Source of the DNA: Selaginella moellendorffii
Lineage: Eukaryota > Plantae > Lycopodiophyta
Direction: 5' to 3'
Assembly (NCBI RefSeq): GCF_000143415.4
Contig: NW_003314330.1
Coordinates: 496,001-560,000, forward strand
Length of the DNA stretch: 64,000 bases
Positions 28,060-39,235 of the stretch are shown one piece after another; position 1 is the stretch's first letter, and each line of letters starts with the position of its first letter. Under the pieces are notes generated by a model. The model was given only the letters and a program-made list of their open reading frames with translations, did no database searches and was not told the DNA's origin. The position numbers were made by a program, and so were the translations under genes.

Positions 28060-30465
28060 ATGGGCAAGCTAAAGAATTTGATCCAAACGATCGCTAGATT
28101 ATGCGAGAAGGTAGGATAGGCTAGCATTTCTATCAACGCGTTGTCGAAAGATGGAAAGAAGCGTGTAGAAACGCTGTTGAACGTTTCAAAAGGCTATAGC
28201 TAGAAATGCTATAGCCTTTCTTAGGTCTTGCTCATTTCTTTCCTCGTTTCCTCCAGGAAGAACAAGGCGCGCGGAGGAGGAAGAAGCTCGAGGCGATCAA
28301 GCTGGCCGCGCACAGGATTCTCGATCGCCTCCTCCGCAAGCTCCACATCGATCCGTATTCTTCCACTGGCGAGGTGAGAGAAATCTAGAGCGATATTTCG
28401 ATCGGTATTTCACCAGGATTTCGCCCGGCAGACCGAGGAATCGATGATGTCGGCGATATTCGATCACCACCGCCACGCATCGGAGCTCTTCGCATCGGTC
28501 CCCAACACCGCGGCTGGAGATCCATCAAATTTCTGGAGCGAGGAGCTCAAGAAAGCCCCATTCCCGACCAACTCCTTCTGGCTCAACTACGTTCTCAAGG
28601 ATGGATCACAGCCAGAGTACATTCATCCATACCTTGTTCAGTCCAAGCCAGGCGCCTTCACGATCTGCTATCCAGCCAGGATCGTTTCTCCAGCCTTCAT
28701 CATCCAGGCATTCACGCAGGACATCACAATTTCTCATGGCCGAGGCAACGTCCCACACGTCATCTCACACTACGACGATCTTTCGGTAGCGCTGGAAGTT
28801 CCAGGCAAGCGCCTCAAGGTTCCTCTAGTTCGTGGAAGTCCATACGTGACGCTGGTTTTCAAGGGTGGCATCTCTAGCTCCAACTATGAACCAGTGACCA
28901 TCTCAACGATTCATGCCATCTTGGAGCTCACATCAAGCCCCGACAATACCAAGCATCGCCTAGTTCTCAACAACAGGCAGACTTGGTGCATCTACTCTAG
29001 CTCGGCTATGGAGATTGTCAAGGATGGAGTGTCGGCTGTGCGAAGCAAGAGACCTTTCTCGGGTGCTTTGCGGCTGGCGTTGGTTCCTCGTCCTGAAAGC
29101 GAAGGGGTCCTGGACACTTTCAGTGGAAGATATCCCGTGAGAGGGCATGCAACCTTTGACAGGCCTTTCAGCATGGGCTTCGAGTGGAAGAGCCGCGGAA
29201 GGGGAGAGCTTCTCATGCTGTGCTTACCGATGCACAAGGAGATAATGGCTTCTCCAAGCCTGTCGACCTGCCGGGTGTCGAATCTCGTCTACTCCAGCAT
29301 CGATGGAAGCTTGGAAGGCGTCGTGGGTGACAAGTGGTCGCTGGAGCCGAGGTCGGTTTCGTCTGCGTGGTACTCGGACTGTGGCATTTCGGACAGCTTC
29401 GCTCGCGACCAGATCAAGCACGCCTTGGACAGAGATGTACACGAGCTCTCGCAGATTTCTACCAACTCGAGCTACTTTTACGGCAAGGCCGCTGCTCGAG
29501 CTGCAAGGATGGCGCTCATAGCCGAGGAAGTTGGCCACTATGGAGTGATACCGAAGCTGAGAAGCTTTCTCGACGAGGCCGTCACGCCATGGCTCGACGG
29601 GAGCTTTGCGAGAAACGGGATAGTCTTTGATGCAAAGTGGGGGGGTCTGGTGAGCCGGGAGGGAGCCAGAGATCCGGGGGCCGACTTTGGAAATGGAGTC
29701 TACAACGATCATCACTACCACTGGGGTTACTTCGTCTACGCTGGAGCTGTTCTTGCCAAGATCGACAATGCCTGGGCCAGGAAGTACCGTGACCACCTCT
29801 ACACTCTGGTGGGAGACTACATGACTTTTAGGAAGGAAGGCTCGAGCTTTCCAAGGCTGCGGTGCTTCGACCTGTGGCTCATGCATTCCTGGGCTGGGGG
29901 TCTGACGGAATTCGCGGATGGTCGCAACCAGGAAAGCACCAGCGAGGCTGTGAATGCGTACTACTCGGCGGCGCTACTTGGCATGGCTTTTGGGGACGTG
30001 GGACTCATCAACCACGGTCTCACACTCGCAGCTCTGGAGATTCATGCAGCGAAATCACTCTGGTTCGTCCCTTCCAGCTCCGATTCTTCGATCTACGAGG
30101 AGGAGTTTGCGAGAGACAACCGGGTCATCGGAGTTTTATGGGCCAACAAGAGAGACACAGGACTGTGGTTTGCTCCAGCCGAGAGCAGGGAATGCAGGGT
30201 TGGGATCCAGGTTCTTCCTCTCACTCCCATCACCGAGAAGCTGTTCGACGACAAAGGTTTTGTCCGGGAAGTTGTGCAGTGGACATGGCCCAGAGTGGAG
30301 CTCGCAAATGTTGCAGATGGATGGAAGGGATTTGCCTACGCTCTCGAGGCAGTCTCTGGGGATTCAAAGGCGGCTCTCAAGAACACTTTGGCACTCAAAG
30401 GACATGACGATGGGAACTCGCTCTCAAATATGCTCTGGTGGATATCTACTCGCCCGCCGTGCTAG
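28060..30465 (+). CDS. Glycoside hydrolase family 81 endo-1,3-beta-glucanase (beta-glucan elicitor-binding protein-like); two short upstream exons plus a long exon
   Basis: PFPTNSFW, PLVRGSPY, SSYFYGK, DFGNGVYNDHHYHWGY, HSWAGGLTEFADGRNQESTSEAVNAYY and DDGNSLSN. Phase-0 exons 28060-28110 and ~28257-28373 splice in frame to the 28444 ORF. Confidence 0.93.
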
Positions 30466-30743
30466 ACACGACTTTAGTCAACGTTTATAATGCAAGTAAT
30501 ATTCTGTATTTTATGCTGGTTCAACATGTAGATTCAGTTTCATTCTACTATAGGACAGCTTCACTCTAACCACTTGAGGGATGAATAACAGTGGTAATTG
30601 ATTTTTGAACGTAACACACTTGAGGTGGATGATTATGGCAATATTTTTTAAGGTGTTGAGCTTGATGCTGTCAGAGTCGATGTTTTATGTCCATTCTAAA
30701 GTTATGAGTTTGAGAAGGTTTTCCATAGGCATCTATTGCATTC

Positions 30744-30797
30744 TATGGCGTGCAATTTGTAAAAGGGTGGATTTTACAACGGTGGATTTCACTCACA
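30744..30797 (+). repeat. Left terminal inverted repeat
   Basis: TATGGCGTGCAATTTGTAAAAGGGTG...GATTTCACTCACA is the reverse complement of 39182-39235 with 7 mismatches. Confidence 0.92.
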
Positions 30798-31634
30798 CCA
30801 CGTGTATGCTTGCTATTGGTCCATGTGTATTATGAGTGTGAAAAAAACACAGGCATAGAATATTTTATGAATATCCAATCCTTATGCCCCGGATGGGGCA
30901 TCATGCCCATAGCAATGACCCATGCTATGTATGGAATGGAGCCATTCATGGCCCATAGACCCATTCATCCCATGCATTCGAGCAAGTTCTTGGTGCTCAT
31001 GGCAAGAGTTTATCTTTTGTTGCAATGCATTTACAAATTGCACGCCTTTTTTAACATAGTGTCATAGCAAGCGTAAGTGAACTCCATCTAGAATTTGGGA
31101 GTATGGCAGCCTTGATCGTCATCAACAGCCATCGCCGTGTCCTCCCCACATTGCCGACCGCCGCTGTGCTGCTCGCAATCATCGATGCTCCCATTGTTAC
31201 CCGCCGCAGCGTCTAGGCAATCGTTGAATCCTCTTGCTTCCTCTGTCTTGCATTGTGATTCTTGAGGTGCATTCACCATGGATGCGAAGAACTCCTGGGC
31301 TCTCATAGCTGGAAAATGTTGGAAATTGAGTCACACCTGGGCACACCTCTTTTAACATAGTGTTCATAACAAACGTAAGTGAACTCCATCTAGCTCCATT
31401 GCAAAGCCATGGATATATACTATCTGGAGTCATGTCTTTAATGGATCTCATTGAGTTTATCTTTCGTTGCAATTGATTTCCAATGTAGCTCTCTCAACAC
31501 TTGAGTTTTGTACCATGATGCTTAGAAGATTTGCATATGACTCAAAAGTAGGTTGAAGTCTAACCAATTTGATGAATTGGTGGGGTTCATACTTCAATTG
31601 TGTACTATGCAAAGGTGCATAGTGTTGATGTTTA

Positions 31635-31904
31635 GACCTAGAGTTCTCTCAAGAGGAGCATGCTAAAGGAAATTTGAGAATGTGGAAGTTGCAATTGCAT
31701 GTAGTAACATTCAGGATAACAATAGGCACTTTCAACATTTTCCAATTATAATTGTTTCAAATTGGACCTAGAGTTCTCTCAAGAGGAGCATGCTGAAGGA
31801 GATTTGAGAATATGGAAGTTGCAATTGCATGTAGTAACATTTAGGTGAGAAGAGCAATGACAATGGACACTTACAATATTTTCCAATCATAACCGTTTCA
31901 AATT
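31635..31904. repeat. Tandem duplication (~130-140 bp units) inside the transposon
   Basis: GACCTAGAGTTCTCTCAAGAGGAGCATGCT...GAAGTTGCAATTGCATGTAGTAACATT occurs at 31635 and 31765. Confidence 0.9.
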
Positions 31905-32663
31905 TTGAAATTTGTAAAAAGGGTTTCCAAGCATGGGGCAAAACTATCCAATGTATGCCGTGTGCTGCGGCCGAAGAACTGAAGTTTTCAGGGATTGGAA
32001 GCTCGTGCTCACTTTGGTAAGAGTAGATTTGTAATAATTTCCTATATGGTGTAACCCTTTTGCAATGTTTGAGGTTTCTGGGTTTCCTCCTGGCATGGCA
32101 AACTGGAGACGATTTTATGACTTCTTTGAGGCACAACAATGGATCCAATAGGGGACAGGACCGAGGATTCTATATGATGCCTCCTCCTCTCAAGGCTCGA
32201 CAATCCCTTTGACAAGGCAGCCCAAGACTACTTCTAATCTTGTGTCAATCACCGAGGGGAAAGGTCCTGCTGAAGAAAGCGACAGCGAGGGATATGTTAC
32301 TACTCGAGATGCAAGCGAGGACGAGTTCACAGACCCAGAGGGTGATTTTGGTTCTACCAAACAAGTTGAGAGTTCCTCAAGCGAGGATGGGCATCATGTA
32401 GCACCCAAGCTCGATAGTTTTGACCCAGAACCTAAATTGGGAGCTGCTTTGGAAGCTATAGTGATTACCCTTGGTGAGACAAGCATAAGCCAAAAGGGTA
32501 CCAAGGGCCGCAAGTGCCTATAATGGGCATTTGTGGAATATTTTGAATATTCTTACCTTTAACTTTGCCAATGAACTGGAAAGAGTCTCTTTCAAAGTGT
32601 GAAACATATTTCAAGACAATTATCTATTTTTATTGTGAAAGTGTCTACATTACTTCCACAACA

Positions 32664-35600
32664 TTAGCCCAATCCATACAAGCTCTCTGGATTTTGGAGT
32701 GCCCAGTGGATCTTGTGTTTGGTCCACTCCTTTGACAGGTATGTTAAAGGGAAGAAAACTTCTCGTGTGCATGTGGAGAACCTGGGAAATCGAGTAGATG
32801 ATGTACTCTGTCTCTCAACTTGGATCCAAATAGGCTCTCCCGGTCGGAACTCTGGAGAATCAACCGCAAAGTGATGGAACTTGGATAACTCTTTCGGGCT
32901 CATATCTATAAAATGTTCAAACATACAAGAGTTTTAGTTGTTTGTGAAAGTAAATAGTTACCTTGAATGATGTCCACAATCCAGCTGCGGAAGTTCTCTC
33001 CAAAGTCCTGATCAAAGATCAGGCAGTTGATGAACTCCGCAGGAGGAATGATCGTCCTTACCCGGAAGACCTGTAACAAAGCATCTGTCCCAATGAGTGA
33101 AAGCCCACCTAGCAATGCTGGACTCTTGTAAGGCCTTTGACGAGCTTCCATGCGCATTGAGTGTTGGAAGCCATCTTGGAGTAAGTCTCCCACTACGTTT
33201 GGCTCGATGAATAGGTAATGCCAAACCACCGCAGCCACGCATGCCTCCACAGCTTGCTCATAACCTTCACCAAGTTCGGTGAGTCTAGACTCAAGCACTG
33301 CATTGTAGTCAGTAATTGCAGGGTTCTCTAGGATGGAATCCACAGACTTGCGCCGATTGCCCTCCTCCTTTAGGCTTGATGCACCTCACAATTGGTTGAG
33401 TGCATTCCAGATATGCGACGCGCATGCTTTGAGGTCCATCTCATATAGTCCTCCTCGGGCAAGTCGTCCATCCTCGTTTGGAACCTTTCCAGCTGCAATT
33501 GCCAATGTTGCAATTGTACACCCGCGAGAAACCTGTGCATTACATTCGAACGCTTGGAATAGCAACCATCCCACAAAGATAGCCTGTGCATATAAAAGTG
33601 AGGAGCATATAAAACTTGTGCTTTAAACTTAACTTACCACATCTCGCTTTTCTTGTCGCAACGTCCTAGAATGCACTGGCATCCTGGGATGCCAATATGT
33701 GGCTCCTTCCCTAAGCACAAACAGTCCACGCGTCTGTAACACAAAATTACTCTAGTGAGCCAAGTGAAAATTAGACTTACCGATCCTAGAATCTGGCAAA
33801 CAGCCTCCCTAATGGCTTTTGCATGTGGCCCACCCACATTTATTGTGGATTCCTCCCACACCAAAGCTCCTCCAATCTCAGACGTATAGACCACTTTGTA
33901 ATTCGGTGTGCGGAGATTAGTATTGAAGGCGAATTGGAAACAACTGAATTCATTGTTTGGTGCAATCTAGAAGGACAAGTGAGGTAACTCCAATTCATAG
34001 GCAATCCATTGCTTACCAGAATGCGAGACGGCCTCAAACGTGTACGAGCAAGTCTGTATGGCCGAAGCATGGCCTTCTCGATGCAAAAACGAGAGAACTT
34101 ACAATACAGTATTTCAACAGTGTCAAATAGTTCTCTCAATTGTTGTGCAGCCGCCCAATTCCTACGTAGGTCCCTGCACAAAACCATAAGATGGTATTAA
34201 GTGCTAAGAAATAGATACACGTACCTTTTCTCAATGAACCATGCTATTGTGGACTCAAGAATTGAAGGAGGCACATTAATACTTACTTCAGCAAGGAGCT
34301 GTTGGATTGTGTTGTCACAAAACACATCCTCGTACTGTGCTTCTGAAAGGCCAAGCTTAAGGAAAAGACTCTCCCAATCTTGCCAATGAGGCATGGCTTG
34401 GTTGAAAAGCACGTGCCGCAGAAATATTTCACCGCCAGCCCAATGGAATTCAGGGTGTTTAGCAATAGCGTCTAGCATCTCCTCGTCACTTGTGCTCTCC
34501 ACGGCAAAGCAACCAAGAAGCTTGTGTTTCAGCCATTGCACCTGTAAGAGAACTTCAGCATCCCCCTGTGCCCTCACGTCAAGGGTTGTGGTGGCATCCT
34601 GTAAGGCAGAAACCTCCTCAATCTGCAGCATGATAAAGTTGGCACTATCCTGAGTGGTTAACTGAACAGCTTCATTAAATGCATTGGTGGCATCAATCCA
34701 TCTTTATTGATGCTCCAACAATCTACATGCAAACATTAGTTCAATTTTCAATACCACAATTTTCAATTATCTTACTCTACTGTAGAAAAGTTGTCAAGCA
34801 ACTCCATAAGCGTAAACGGAGTGGAGCTACTTCCCTCTAGAAAGGGGGGTGGAGGCACACCATGGTCTTCAAGGCCTCCGCCATCACTGTCATACACTAC
34901 CATTGGCCTATCTGCACTCAGAAATTAGAAAATGAAGAAAATATTCATTTATGTTAATGCTTCTTACCAGCCGCATGGCCTGGAGCCACTATCTCTAGTG
35001 ACAAGGATGTCTTTGGAGATCCTTGGTGTGGTTCATCCCCACCATCACCTTGTTCTTCGACTCCGCTAATGTCCATGTTGTTTTGTGTGGGGAGAGTTTC
35101 TTCCGGTAATGGAAGAATGTCCTCTTCATCCGCAGAGTCTTCTTCTTCATTATTCTCGCAAGGGTTTGGTTCCTACGTGGCTGGCCTTGGATCATCATTT
35201 GCAGTCAAGGTATTTGTAGCAGCTACAACTGCAAAGACCACAACATATATTTGTGAGGAGGGAACTTAAAAAAAAAATGACTTACGTTCACGAACATCCT
35301 TTTTTTCGAGTGCTCGGGCCTGTTTTTGATAACTTAGCCAATGTTTGTCAGTAAGATGCTCCATAACATTGTATAAATATATAACTGTTGCCCGATTGCC
35401 ATTGGCCTTGTTTGCTATAGCTCCCCATGATGTTTGAGGAGGCCAGTAGCAAGGCCGGATAGAGCTGAGGCCAAATTTTGCAGACTCGGCATGGGCCTCA
35501 CCACCATTGGACTGCCTTGCACGCCGGACAAATGCTCCTGGGTTGGTCATGGATGAAGGTTGAATTCCTGAGGCTTGGAGTGATAGTAGAATCGCATGTT

Positions 35601-36793
35601 GGGCTGTGCCGGGCTGGAAAGGAATACTAGAGTATAAGCCACCCCATATGAGACACTCTGGGAGGTCCACTGCCAGCTCGTCAAGTTCCGTCACCTTCAC
35701 AGATGGCTCTCTTTTCCGCCCATATAAGTGTACATGCCAAGTCTTTGGGATTGCAATCCACTTGGTGACAAGAACTGTGGTGAACGGCCGGGGGACCAAG
35801 GGTGTTGTAGACGACATCCCACCAATGACTTTAGATTGACTGCCACGACGTCCACGACGACAACATAAGGACTGCCGATTGTTATCGGCATAGGTGTGCA
35901 CTGCAGCCACAAGCGGTGAGAGAGTCTAGCACAGTGAAACAAAAATGAGTTAAACAAATCCAAAGAAGAAAAAAAAGAAGAGTGCATGGGGTCATGTTAT
36001 ACCTGTGGCTCACATGGCAGCCTGCCTTGAGGGTCAGCTTGAACATATCTGGATGTCAAAGCTCCACTAGATGATGATGTCGATCCTTGGGAGTAGTTGT
36101 GGAATGCTGATGGGGAACTATAAGCTCGTTGGTGTGAGGCATTGTCAACTCACCCTACGCAGAAAAACACATGGAAAAAAAAACGGGTACAAATGAAAAA
36201 CTTACCGAGCTAGACCGCTTGTTGCTTCGGGAGGTAGATGGCCAGGTACTGGCACTTGTACCGGTAGATGGAGTTGCGAGAGTAGTAGCGGTTGGTGGAG
36301 TTGCGGGGCTGGTAGCAGTGGCACTATATGGGATTCCGTGAGCACGTCCTCTAGTTGGTGTTGGTGTTGGTGGCAACGTTCCAGATTGGACAACACCGTG
36401 GGCATGAGGTGTCCGGACTTGCTCATTTTGAATGCTCGGGCTGCTACTTTCCAAGGAAGGCGAGGAGAATGAAACATGTTGGAGGTTCCGCATATGTTGC
36501 AATGTATGCAATGTTAGGCGGTGCTCTGCTTGCTCAAATGCAGTCGGGAGCTGTGGATGGGATGCTGTTGGAGTTGATGTCCTTGCTACGGAGCTTGGAA
36601 AATCAAGTGGCTGGCATGTGTCTCGCGGGACTGTTGGCTGTACCGATTGCGGAACATCGAGTGCTTGGCTGCGTGCTCGCGAGGTGTTTCCATAGTGTCT
36701 ACTGCTGTTGAAGCGTGCGGCGTTCTTGCTTCGAGCCTAGAAACCACAAAGGATTGGTTATGCAAACCTGATTGAGGAGAAGCTACCCACCAT
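32664..36793 (-). pseudogene. Transposon-borne multi-exon gene: S/T/P-rich N-terminus, unknown middle region, C-terminal HECT E3 ubiquitin ligase domain; at least one premature stop
   Basis: HECT N-lobe-like YKVVY..WEESTINVGGPHAKAIREAVCQI. C-lobe ELSKFHHFAVDSP..RFPRFSTCTREVFFPLTYLSKEWTKHKIHWALQNPESLYGLG-stop. Clean GT-AG intron 32906-32961 joins IIQ/DMSPKE. In-frame TGA at 33386-33388. Confidence 0.75.
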
Positions 36794-37059
36794 CACAGCT
36801 GTGGCGCTCTCGCTTGGGCGGTGGTCTTGCGATCGGGGGAGTGTGCACTAGAAGCCTTGCCTCCGGTTAGATGACACGAATCGATTGGAAGAATGAACGA
36901 ACCATCGACAAAATCATGTCATAAAATGAAATTGCCCCGTATCCAAGGCACAATTAATATGGGTAGGACTTGGTGAAAACCCTAATCCCAAACGTGGGAA
37001 CCCTAAAATTGAACAAATCAAAAATTGAATTTAAATTTGAAATGTACACTAAAGAACAC

Positions 37060-38899
37060 TCAATTTTCTCCGAGTATGGCCAAGTATAATTTTTCCAAAG
37101 CTCGTCGCTTCACTGGTGTTGCTGTAGGCAAGGCACTCTCGATGTAAAGTGGAAGATCTACACCCGCAACATCAGCCATTGCACACTCCATTGTTAGATC
37201 CAAATGAAGTAGATATTGCTCGTCTAAGTTGAGTCCCTCCCGATGCATCAAAAATGCCTGGTTTCGAACAGTGCCAAGAGCGTATAAGGTAGCCAAGCAC
37301 AACAAAATAGATTTAAAGAAATTGTTGTATTCTTGCTCTAAAGATTACCTCTGACAAAGTTGCACCTTCGACATTAGAGAGAAATGGTCCGAGAAGGTCT
37401 TCAATATCTTTTCCACCAACAGCCGGCATAATCCTACAAAAGCACATTTTATTAGGAATTCTGTAACATTACCAAAATTGTTACCCAAGCTTGTGTTCCA
37501 TCGGTTGAAATAAGTTTGCAGGAACATGAGATAGTCTGAAGTAATCACCACATCGATACGGACGGACCTCATGGAGGTTCCAGGTTGCAACCCAGTGTGA
37601 AATATCCTTCTTGAGGTACGGAGCAAAGACACAACGTAGACTCTGGTTGTGCCATGGATTAGATACATCGAGAATTCCTATATCTTCTATGGACTCAAAA
37701 AGGTGCTTATAAAACCACACCACGCGCTCAAAGAGCTCTCTCCACAAATGCTCTATGTGCTGTAAAACAAATTTGATTTAGTCCTATGAGTCCTTATTTG
37801 GAAAAACTCTAACGCTGTGAGTACCTAGTTACGTGTTGATGTCCCACGTATGAAGCTCCTAGCTGCAGGACCCCAACAGCGGATCATGTCCCTCTCAACC
37901 TCATTGTGCTCTGGAGCATTGTCGCTCCGGATGCGCTTGGGCCTTCCAAATCAACGAACAGCCTGCGCATATGTGTTAAATATTGTATGGGATTCTTTGG
38001 AGGTAGCTAGCTCGCAAGCTACAATATAATGAGTTGCCCCGCAAATAATGGCATCTACATAGAAACCATAGCTTACAAGCTTGCAATATGCTACAATAAA
38101 CATGTTACCACATGTGTTGAAAAAAAAGTAGAAATGAAAGAATACTCACAATCCATATGGCAAAGTGCATAAGCCTCTTCATTCCTATAAATCCGTCGTC
38201 GAATCCTTGTCATGTGCCTCTGTTCCAGCCTACTTGGATCGTGAGTGGCTAAGGCCTCACGAATTTGGCGTCGGCTAAATCGGTATCCTCTAGTTCGACA
38301 GCTAGATCGGGAATTGATAATCCCCCAGTTTGTGCCACCTTGATTCATGGCATTGTTAGTTCGAACGTGATGAAGTACCTCTTCGGGTGGTACTCTATAA
38401 TATACACCTCTCCAATTTGGATCGACAAGCCGCATGTATTTGTATAGTGTTGGCTTGGAAATTCTAAGATAGCATGCGAGGTAAGCAGTAGTCTTAGTCT
38501 CGAGGATCTTCAGGTGCATCCAAGTGCCAAATGCAGCTAGACTACTGAATCCCCTCGATTGCAAAAAATTATAGAAGGCCTAGAAACGTGCAAATCATGA
38601 ATCTAGAAGGCTGGAAACTAAACAAACCTCTGGGAGAGCATCGTTGTCACTATCCATACTGGAACCATAGCTAAAATTGAATGGAAGGCCATCCACCTCA
38701 TCTTCCTCCACATCTTCTAGTAAACCTGGAAGAAAAAGTTTCAGTGACACAAATTTGAAGTAAACTAGGGAGGGAACTATACTCATGGTAGGAACTTGAA
38801 AGTCTATAGAGAACAATTGAGTAGTAAATCAAAGCCACTTCCAACACTGCCCACAAAAACATTTCAAACCACTCACTAACAAACCAAGTTACCTTCCAT
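37060..38899 (-). pseudogene. Integrase-core (RNase H-fold DDE) transposase with N-terminal HTH, multi-exon, two premature stops
   Basis: HTH-like LACYLRISKPTLYKYMR. RIRRRIYRN..ALCHMD (D1), KLVSYGFYV..ICG, AVR*FGRPKRIRSDNAPEH (D2), SFIRGTSTRN*HIEHLWRE (E) and WVATWNLHEVR. Stops at 37951-37953 and 37825-37827. Start exon uncertain. Confidence 0.85.
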
Positions 38900-39082
38900 A
38901 TCTGCTACCAAGAAACATGCCGAATAACAGAGCACTAAAGCAAGGCGCTAAGGCAAAGAAGCGTCTCCTAAACCCTATGACCTAATGAATCCCCATGTCA
39001 TGGGGTCAAACTTGATGATATGTGGCATCTATGTGTAACACGTTGTTCATATTATGGGGACATCATTGACCCATCGGCCAGA

Positions 39083-39131
39083 ATCCATGGGGCATCCATG
39101 GGGCATCCATGGGGCATCCATGAGGCATCCA
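39083..39131. repeat. Subterminal 11-bp tandem repeat (ATCCATGGGGC)x4
   Basis: atccatggggc atccatggggc atccatggggc atccatgaggc atcca lies about 50 bp inside the right TIR. Confidence 0.9.
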
Positions 39132-39181
39132 AATGACATTTAATGCCGAACCAATAGAAAACTGCCACATGGACACTGTAT

Positions 39182-39235
39182 TGTGAGTGAAATCTACCGC
39201 AGTAACACTCACCCTTTTACGAATTGCACGCCATA
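39182..39235 (-). repeat. Right terminal inverted repeat
   Basis: Reverse complement reads TATGGCGTGCAATTCGTAAAAGGGTG...GATTTCACTCACA. Confidence 0.92.

Larger units (their letters stand above)
30744..39235 (-). mobile_element. TIR DNA transposon (8492 bp) with IS3/IS481-type integrase-core transposase and HECT-domain cargo gene; IS3EU-like termini
   Basis: 54-bp TIRs (47/54 identical, first 26 nt 25/26), TAT..ATA termini, CATTC repeated at 30739-30743 and 39236-39240, and two multi-exon genes inside. Confidence 0.88.

Noticed and set aside
27853-28119. 88-aa ORF
   Set aside because: Its first part is the tRNA-Ser gene. Only the final MGKLKN.. segment is a plausible GH81 exon.
32664-36793. 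HECT gene as an ordinary host UPL gene
   Set aside because: It lies wholly within TIRs beside a transposase, is very divergent and lacks the N-terminal domains of plant UPLs.
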